A program made the position numbers and the translations under genes. The notes under the pieces are model-generated. The model searched no databases. It saw nothing but the letters and a program-made list of their open reading frames with translations, and was not told the DNA's origin. From Laetmonice hystrix (Eukaryota): DNA of 64,000 nt. Positions within the stretch are counted from its first letter, which is position 1, and each line of letters begins with the position of its first letter. This document shows, piece after piece, positions 57,801 through 64,000 of the stretch. The stretch covers positions 18,476,001 to 18,540,000 of the forward strand of contig OZ249445.1 of the NCBI GenBank assembly GCA_965235115.1. Reading direction: 5' to 3'.

Positions 57801-59313
57801 ACGCTTCGTCCCTAGACCAGGGATACCCTGCAGCATAGATAGAGATATCTCACAGACGCTTCGTCCCTAGACCAGGGGTACCCTGCAGCATAGATAGAGA
57901 TATCTCAACCACGACTTACACGGAAAGCCAGCATTTTTCAACGGGGGGGGGGGGGGGGGAGTCTAAGGTGCACCCCACCCCTGTTCGGGCCTGGTGTCAT
58001 TTCCCTCAACAAATTTGAACTTTAGGAAGTCGGTCGATGTCGATATGATGTTTGCAAATTTGAATTGGTGTGGGGCTCATGGTCAATGGCTTCAGATATA
58101 TGTGGCGGCAATATAATTTGGCCTTGACGGTTACCATGGGAACAAAACATGATAATCCCATCTGCAATGACTTAAAAAGTAGGTAATGGACACACGTGTT
58201 ACTTTTAAGTGACCTTTAATAGCAAAAGGTCGTACACTGATTGTCCGAAAGCTGACTGTGCCCTATGCCATATTGAAAGCCATCCAGACGACCACAGTAC
58301 ATTGTCCCTGAAACTTTTATTGTAAGAGTGGGGCAGCGGATCAAGTTGGAATGTGATGTCAGCGCTCAACTTGAATTCACTGCTCCAATAATGACGCATA
58401 TTTTATTACATCATAAATCCTCCATAAACTAAAAATAGGTCTGTAATGCTAACTGTAGTATATCATGGGAGATACAGAAGGGGTATACAGTCAGGAAAGG
58501 AGGGTCATAAGTCATGCCATGCATGGGGACGATGGGCACTGTCGGCTCTGAAGGACTACGTATTTTATTAGGCTTTTGGATGCGTGATTTCGAATTTATG
58601 AGAAGTCAAAATGTGCAACGTTACCAAAAGCTATTGCTAAGTGATAGGACCATCCAAGAACCCCCCCCCCCCCCCCCTCCAACACACACCGCCCCATGAT
58701 CCGCTTCCTGTATCTTGGATGAAGTCTTTCAGAGTGTAGTGTATAGTCTGTCTGTATCTTAGGCCTGATGAGGATGGTTTTGTATATTGTTTGGTGTTGT
58801 CATATGGTGTTTGTATTGTTTTTGGGGTCATTTGTATAGAGGTTCTTTTGCATAATGGTTGGTTTTAGAGACCAAAGTGCATCATTCCGCATAGGTTGTT
58901 TTATGAAAAGATATTAGCAATAGAACCTTTACCTTCGTATCCTTGGAGATGAGTTCGAGTTGGTATCCTGGCAGAATGTCCGGTCGCGTGGCCATTTCAT
59001 CGAAACCAGCCTGTATAATGATGGGGAAAACGGTCGAGTACTTGATCCACCAGTGGTCAGAGAGAGGGAACATTCCCACAACATACAACTTTTTAATGTT
59101 GCCTTCCTGCAGGCTAGCGTTCACAGGGCGGACATTGGACGTGGTGGGTCCTGTGACCTCCTCCATATCTTCATGACCTTCTGTGATGACGTATCCACTG
59201 GTCGAGTTGTGAATGCGAGCCGATGTTGAGGGCCTGATGTTTACATGTAGTAGTATTACCACATATATCAATGTATCAAATCTCACGTGCTGTCTGGGAG
59301 TATACGTCATCAT
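45727..59313 (-). CDS. GABBR: GABA-B receptor-like class C GPCR (Venus flytrap + 7TM), 16 coding exons, 806 aa
   Basis: Exons 59313-58933, 57130-56993, 56784-56614, 56260-56153, 55604-55539, 55334-55146, 54752-54519, 54197-54134, 53702-53616, 50155-50008, 49375-49252, 48693-48586, 47792-47679, 47556-47413, 46553-46362, 45879-45727 join in frame (2421 nt). GABA-B motifs include [81 protein letters not shown] and LCLVFVPK. The symbol names the family; orthology to R1 or R2 is not established. Confidence 0.92.
46362..46553 (-). CDS. GABA-B-like exon 15 (TM6-TM7; [10 protein letters not shown]...LVFVPK), GC donor
   Basis: CTGCCAG| ... AAG|GCAAGT, 192 bp. Confidence 0.9.
46937..47421. repeat. Minisatellite, 80-81-bp unit, about 6 copies, each containing the exon 14 splice donor
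   Basis: Each unit on the - strand contains ACTCGAAAG|GTAAGT; donor positions at 47412, 47331, 47250, 47169, 47089 and 47008. Confidence 0.95.
47413..47556 (-). CDS. GABA-B-like exon 14 (ECL2-TM5; ...[18 protein letters not shown])
   Basis: TTTACAG| ... |GTAAGT, 144 bp. Confidence 0.93.
47679..47792 (-). CDS. GABA-B-like exon 13 (TM4; [11 protein letters not shown]...[10 protein letters not shown])
   Basis: TTTTCAG| ... |GTAAAC, 114 bp. Confidence 0.92.
47888..48484. repeat. Minisatellite, 33-bp unit (TTTATGTACGTCATGTGAACCTTCTTAATGTCG), about 18 copies
   Basis: Read directly; explains ORFs 47863..48363 and 47902..48489. Confidence 0.97.
48586..48693 (-). CDS. GABA-B-like exon 12 (TM3; [36 protein letters not shown])
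   Basis: CCTCAG| ... |GTACAC, 108 bp. Confidence 0.93.
49252..49375 (-). CDS. GABA-B-like exon 11 (TM2; [17 protein letters not shown]...HPCM)
   Basis: GACAG| ... |GTGAGC, 124 bp, phase 2-0. Confidence 0.92.
49430..49791. repeat. Minisatellite, 32-bp unit (ACTCTGGAGTGATATCATCCTAGGATCAGAAC), about 11 copies
   Basis: Read directly. Confidence 0.95.
50008..50155 (-). CDS. GABA-B-like exon 10 (TM1; [10 protein letters not shown]...[11 protein letters not shown])
   Basis: CTACAG| ... |GTAAGC, 148 bp, phase 1-2. Confidence 0.9.
50464..50635. repeat. Minisatellite, 35-bp unit (TATGGAGCAGAGCTATTTCAGGCAACAGGTTTACA), about 5 copies, abutting the LTR insertion
   Basis: Read directly. Confidence 0.92.
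51276..52163 (+). CDS. LTR element ORF1: gag-type double zinc knuckle + Ser/Thr-rich linker + predicted coiled coil (295 aa from the first ATG)
   Basis: CHRCG...[23 protein letters not shown] matches the Gypsy gag C-terminal knuckle pair; heptad-like helix [20 protein letters not shown]...KEIEDLK. Confidence 0.75.
   Translation: MTMDRPQPTTTCHRCGLLRTTSYHQCPAYGRYCFTCGRPNHLAKVCFTRIAAIHQKPRKSARQLARDRRRMADFLQKKNSMSSLPYATIPDKDLHHNLPTKTPRNVLTRLIQHNGKLRREVSELQSDHRQLPPTPSTTDSTTQTTTKTSEASSQTASDSVSTTVTELQQLQGTVSCLKAEAAALRSSCAQLLAKGQEDFSVFKKETMTLAKTTMKQEADIAKLKQQAKESLDTVRSLSNVIAMKNKEIEDLKSTIRQNDQSVSHQDPSKMELAVDFADHLFLADFFEHSRLSDHF
52136..52537 (+). CDS. LTR element ORF2 in the -1 frame, overlapping the ORF1 end; unknown, possibly degenerate retropepsin-like
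   Basis: Frame is open from 52136 (after TGA at 52133) to 52537; first ATG at 52199. Confidence 0.35.
   Translation, partial: TLTTIRPFLNDVWPQVSPSNSMLPVHISFGAKIFTREIKLKPVLRQQRQLLSEDVSRMYFENGDLQSTFIVKVNDHHFRLMDKVPLGTLPQMILGQELRTTMVLHDRHNVFLCDCDFPHTSDEYDPYPPCPNM
53616..53702 (-). CDS. GABA-B-like exon 9 ([29 protein letters not shown])
   Basis: AAACAG| ... |GTAGGT, 87 bp, phase 1-1. Confidence 0.85.
54134..54197 (-). CDS. GABA-B-like exon 8 ([21 protein letters not shown])
   Basis: TAACAG| ... |GTGAGT, 64 bp. Confidence 0.9.
54519..54752 (-). CDS. GABA-B-like exon 7 (TVHQYK...[12 protein letters not shown]...FEGVS)
   Basis: TGATAG| ... |GTAAGC, 234 bp. Confidence 0.92.
55146..55334 (-). CDS. 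GABA-B-like exon 6 (AYKQGM...YTWILSGY...TTSGK)
   Basis: CGTCAG| ... |GTACGG, 189 bp. Confidence 0.9.
55539..55604 (-). CDS. GABA-B-like exon 5 ([22 protein letters not shown])
   Basis: TTTCAG| ... |GTAATC, 66 bp. Confidence 0.9.
56153..56260 (-). CDS. GABA-B-like exon 4 (ETSAFHINL...SHVSRLK)
   Basis: CTATAG| ... |GTAAGT, 108 bp. Confidence 0.85.
56303..56478. mobile_element. MITE with about 60-bp TIRs and TA TSD (Tc1/mariner-like)
   Basis: TA|TCGGGTATCCCCAAAAAAGTGAACCGCTTTTTGCCAAGTATTTTCTCAGTGATAGATAAAC ... GTTTATCTATCACTGAGAAAATACTTGTCAAAAAGCGGTTCACTTTTCTGGGGGACACCCAA|TA. Confidence 0.82.
56614..56784 (-). CDS. GABA-B-like exon 3 ([22 protein letters not shown]...FGWKRVATL...KS)
   Basis: TTACAG| ... 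|GTAAAA, 171 bp. Confidence 0.92.
56993..57130 (-). CDS. GABA-B-like exon 2 ([29 protein letters not shown]...WNLHE)
   Basis: CTGCAG| ... |GTCAGA, 138 bp. Confidence 0.92.
57100..57906. repeat. Minisatellite, 51-55-bp unit, about 15 copies, each containing the exon 2 splice acceptor and the first about 31 nt of the exon
   Basis: - strand unit GAGATATCTCTATCTATGCTGCAG|GGTATCCCTGGTCTAGGGACGAAGCGTCTGT. Confidence 0.95.
58933..59313 (-). CDS. GABA-B-like exon 1 (signal peptide + start of VFT; ...[10 protein letters not shown]...[16 protein letters not shown])
   Basis: First in-frame ATG at 59313, followed by hydrophobic [10 protein letters not shown]; donor |GTAAAG. Confidence 0.85.
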
Positions 59314-62300
59314 GAAACCGGAATAATTGAAAGAAGATATCCGTCGGGTCTGTTCCTGCTGCTTTAAGAAGCCAGCGTTGAAGGATTTAGCTTGCGTTTT
59401 ATGAGCCGTCAAATTGAGTGGTGAGATTTCAGTGGTCGTGGAGTTAGTGTGGGGCAGGCAGTGAGAGAGTTGGTGAGAACGGTGCGCTGGAGACGTGTGA
59501 TGTGAACATGAAACGGACAACTGGCGACAAACGCTGGGGCGACGCCAGCACCCCCTGGCGGTAATACAGTGGTGTTAGTGCATTCTGAGCAGGACTGACA
59601 ACTGTCTTTGTGGTATAAATAAACCCGGCTAATAGTCCTCAGTGTAATGCTGATACCAAAAAAAAACTCGCATGAAATTATTTTCCTTCCCCTACCTCGA
59701 TATATTATAAGCGACGCAACGGGTTGGGGAGGGGTGGGGGGTGGTGGTGGTTCTGAAAGCTAAGGAAGCACTTATTTTCCAAAGGCTTGCCCAGAGACAA
59801 ACTTTACGAGGGTAGGATCTGACTAGTATCATATCGGGTCAAAAATGGAACATGTTCTGCCACTTGAAAGGCCTGTGGCTCGCGCTTAGAAATTCTGGAG
59901 ACAAAATCATTTTTTCGTCACTGAAAATGGTGGCGTGTAGGCAAAGTCCTCACAAAGCCTTTAGGCAGTCGTGCTAGTCCTCCGCAAAATAAAAACATTG
60001 CCAGTAATAGAAAGATCACTACAGGGTAACCTCTTTTTTTCTAAGGAAACAGGTAAAAGTAAAGTGGTACCAGAGTCTTAAAAGCAGTGGGTTAAAATAT
60101 ATATAAGTTGTTATTATAATAATCCATACGGAGAGAACCAGGATGAGGGGAGGGGGTCGCGTCTCCCAGACTGACGTTTGGGAAATCCCTTGAAGCAGAT
60201 TCCCAGCAAGGATTAGGAGAACACCTTACTCTCTTTTAAGTAGGAGGGCTCCTATTATTTCACACCCCTACACACTTGAATAGGGGAATCAATGTATGGC
60301 AATAATCAATTACTATATGTACCAGTTTTAATGTCATACAGGTAAAATATATCGGCTAGCTCTACGACCGAGACTGTGCTGATCTCACAATGTTAGGTTG
60401 ACTGCGATCTTACTGCGCCATCTGGTGAGAGACAGGAGTGTCTCTCCCATTTTTTCCAACCACATGGAGAGACCTCAGGAGACTGCTGCTACTTTATTAT
60501 ATCGGAACCTTTCGCAAAATTTTACAAGTGATAAAGCCACTGGATTTAATGGTCAGACTAAGGACCCCCTCTTGCCATATAAAACATAAAATGCAAGTAA
60601 AAAATAAGTAGGATTTTATTTCTCCAAATGTTACAATATGTTTCACATCCCCTGAACCTAGAAATGGCCTTTAGTTACTACAGGCTGTACAATAAGAAGT
60701 CACAATGAGGATCAAATATAAGTCCTATATATAGGGTGGCGCCTACTACAGCAGTGAGTGTGCACCTGAGAACGTGCCGAGCGGGGGGGGGGGGGGGGAG
60801 GAGTCCCTTGGTGCCCCTCCCCTGAGGTCATGGTTATATATGTGTCGACAAGACAAGATACATGACACATCAATGAACATTAAACACGGCCTCAAAGTGT
60901 GCCTGATAACAACTCGTTTAGAGGGTGTTCAGTTATAGCTGCACTCCCTGCTGGGTCCACATGCTCACCCTGAGACTGAGAGTCATGAGTCAGGGCTGGG
61001 CTGGCATGGTAGATTCCTGTACGAGGTGAAACCCCTGCGTTAATTTCCCACTCGGGGACCTGGCCCGGGACAGGAATGCAAGCTAGACTTAAACCACTTG
61101 TACAACCCGATGCCAGGCACGTAGGTAACGCGCGCACAGCTCTTCGCCAAATCGCAAAAGAAGATACAGTTTCCAATGTGCACTTTGATCGGGCACATCT
61201 GCCTTTGGCTTGTCACTGCCAGAACTCGGCTAACGTCAGCCGCCATGACGTCTGGCGGTGAGCTTCTACCAGATCGGGCCTCACTATCGGGCTGGAACTG
61301 TGAGCATGCGCAGCAGGAAGGAGGCGTGTGACAAGGGCATGACGTGCTCTCTACCAGATCATGTGATACCCTAACCAGATGAGGAGGGCGGGGTTCCCAC
61401 CAACTCTTCCTATCTGTATACAAGCCAAGGACATAGCATGATAACACAGACATGCTATAAACATGAGTGAAGTTCCAATCTTATCGATCGCTTACTGCTC
61501 GTATCTACCCGGGCATTTCAAATTCATCAGTTACTAGAATTCAGTTAGAAGGTAGGCATGTACTGGTAGGCAGTAATTAATACAGCTATTCAGGAAATAT
61601 ATATAAATACTGGTATTGTAATGACATGAACGATGTTAAATGTATATGTGTATGGTTATATGCGATATCCTGGTTTGTGCTACAGGGTCGTAGTTTCGTA
61701 TTCTAACATTTAACCCAACCATGTAAATCTATGGTAATAATCAGATCACCCAGCATAGAGCGGACATTCAAAGTTCCTGGGTAATTGATAGGTATTAAAT
61801 CATGATTTTGTAGATGTAAAAACGAGTTAATAAATTCCACCAAGTGGCAGCATTCTCATTCTGACGTAACAAGCGAGTGGATTGTCAAAAATGTCTTTTA
61901 AATTTGCTAGATGTTATCTGAGAAGTCGTGTTCATATAGGCCGTGCGGATATCGATTTACTGTGGCAGTAAAATTATTAAATCCGGTAAGATAAGGCTTG
62001 GTAATCTATGACGGTGTCACGGTTCCATGGAATTCGTTTGGGAGATTGCATGTTGTAGGAGTTCGGGCATCCTCCGAACCCAATTGATCCCGAGCCGGTT
62101 TTTATGGTTGCATGAGTCCTGGGCGGTGTAAGCACGCAGTCTATCACGCATTGCGACGTCTCCTCCACAACAGATATCAAAATGAAATTTGGAACCGTCC
62201 CACTCTTTCTTAACATGGCTTATCGCCTGAATGACAGCTGTCAAAATGATCATCATTAAAAGTAGGATGCCCCACCGAGTTTTGGGTTCAGGCAGTGTGA

Positions 62301-63039
62301 ACTGCTGTCTCTTATATAAGCATTTACTCTTGAGCGGTTCGCCGTGAGAGGCAGCAACAAAAGTGTTGGCTGGTTCGGCTCGTTTAGGGGCAAATAGTGT
62401 TCACAGCTTTGAGAGAGCCTGCTGCATGCTTGATTATAGGTTTGGGCGGTCACTCGGACAATGCCTTGGTGTCGGGCTCGCCACTGGAGACATATTGGGG
62501 TCTACCGGTCATAGGCGGAGGGCTGGCGGTCATCAGGACAGGAGTTGGTGGAGAGCGCAGGATTTCAAAGTTGATTAACAAAGCGCCACTCGGCCGCACT
62601 TAACCATACCGTACGGGGACATAAATCACACAGACATCGGTTGTGGTTGGCTGGCGACAGTACACCTGCAGTCTTAATGTACGGACTTGTTGCCACTTTG
62701 ATCCTACCAATACCGAGCCTCGATGACAAACGAGCAACGGCAGTGGGCACATCAACACGGGGAAAAGGCGGGAAGTGGGATAATGCATGTCGTCCTGCCA
62801 TTCATGAGGATCCCCCCTCATGGGTTTAACCAAAAAACGCAAATCATATGGAACGGAGAGCATTGGCGTATGTGATGGACAGTGGATTGAGGGAGTTCAA
62901 TGTGAGACATGACGTACAGTTAAAGGCCATTGTTGGCAGTGACGGGCAGGGTTTACTGACTAAATGTACATCGCTCATAGATCAGGTGAACTGAGGAAAG
63001 AGGAGGCGGGCGAGTTATGAACAATACCTGTCGGCTGTG

Positions 63040-63370
63040 GCCGGAGACCTTAGTAACTAGAGGGGAGGGTGAAGGAAGGGGGCGCCGTCTGGGGGACCTT
63101 TTTACGGGCCGGAGTCGTGGCCCCTTGAAGGGCCGCCGCGGTTGAGGTGTGTCGGACGGCCGATCGGACGGGGGGTGACGGGCAGAGGGTGGCTGGTCGC
63201 CGGGTCGGGTTACGGAATTCCTCCCGGACTTACCTCTCACTTGCCCGCCCCGCCCCACCCCACCCGCCCGCCTGCCAGCTCGCTGGCCGGGAATCCCATC
63301 GACTGCCAGTCCTCCCATTGCCAGCACCATGAGTGTTGGCTTCTGCACGCTGACTGGCTGGACGGGCCGA
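63040..63370 (+). promoter_or_regulatory. GC/CpG-rich region with GC boxes, probable promoter of the gene starting at 63640
   Basis: Local GC enrichment, CCCGCCCCGCCCC at 63244-63256; position inferred. Confidence 0.35.
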
Positions 63371-63639
63371 CTGACTGAGTGACTGAGTGACTGACTGACA
63401 CTACACATACAAACTTACAGTGGATGTACATTGACGCAGCAGCTCGTGCCCAGGGTGATGTAGTATAGATCGACTACCCACATTAGGTACATCATCACTG
63501 TATTAACTACACGTTGGTTGTGTATATACCAGTAACCGATCCACGGACGGGGTATACATGACAACCAACTGGTAATGAACAGAGCCCCGCGTGGCAGTGT
63601 TTAACAACAGACCACCAACTCTCTGTTTCTTACTCAGCC

Positions 63640-63712
63640 ATGGATGTAAACGTCACTCTCCGACTTCTTGTCATATGTGCCGCCGTTTGCCTGGTCCGGA
63701 GCGGAGGACGAG
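63640..63712 (+). CDS. First coding exon (signal peptide MDVNVTLRLLVICAAVCLVRSGGR) of a secreted or membrane protein continuing beyond the window
   Basis: Pyrimidine-rich acceptor TTACTCAG|CC then ATG; hydrophobic core; perfect donor AG|GTAAGT. Confidence 0.65.
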
Positions 63713-64000
63713 GTAAGTATAGGAGATAATCCCTCTCATAATCCCATCACTCAGCTACTTAACCTCAGTGAGAGCCAACCACTGAGAGAGTCAGTTAAAC
63801 CCGGAGAGGATGGCTCTATGGATCATTACAGCCGACAACCAGTGCCTCGCTGAAACACGCTTCCAGCAGTCCTCGGAATGGGTAGCAATTTGTGGCGCAC
63901 AGCGGGGCTGGGTACAGGCTTTCTGACAACTTTACCGCCCACGAAACATTGGGGAAATTAGGGGCAAGTGTTGGGAGAAGGGTGGTGTCAGTGGCTACAG

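Noticed and set aside
62150-62500. Possible hAT transposase remnant on the - strand (NL..MQQAL...LPEPKTRWG..LMM)
   Set aside because: Resembles the hAT LNL...TRWNS region but is short, interrupted by stops, and has no TIRs identified.

Overview
Eukaryotic (animal) genomic DNA with spliceosomal introns. The mix of TTAGGG-like repeats, many locus-specific minisatellites and a divergent class C GPCR suggests an invertebrate bilaterian, possibly a mollusc or other lophotrochozoan (inference). All gene models were built by hand from GT/AG boundaries, exon phase and protein motifs. (1) + strand 23835-36694: a prolyl 3-hydroxylase (P3H/leprecan family, 2OG-Fe(II) dioxygenase) locus whose exons join in frame into one protein with TWO tandem catalytic domains. 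It also has three pairs of duplicated, phase-compatible alternative exons, one lacking the HxD iron ligands and two alternative last exons both ending in HSEL. (2) + strand 40895-42623: a two-exon rhodopsin-like orphan GPCR with degenerate activation motifs. (3) Two identical tRNA-Arg(TCT) genes. (4) - strand 59313-45727: a 16-exon GABA-B-receptor-like class C GPCR (806 aa). Its introns hold minisatellites that copied its own splice acceptor, splice donor and stop codon, plus a young 2954-bp non-autonomous LTR retroelement (539-bp LTRs differing at 2 sites, 4-bp TSD, intact CCHC/coiled-coil ORF, no pol). (5) A signal-peptide first coding exon of a further + strand gene at 63640. There are also about 13 tandem arrays (roughly 11% of the window), several MITEs and clustered CTCF-like motifs. 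No gene could be reliably resolved in 1-23 kb. The most novel candidate system is the tandem-domain, alternatively spliced P3H locus.
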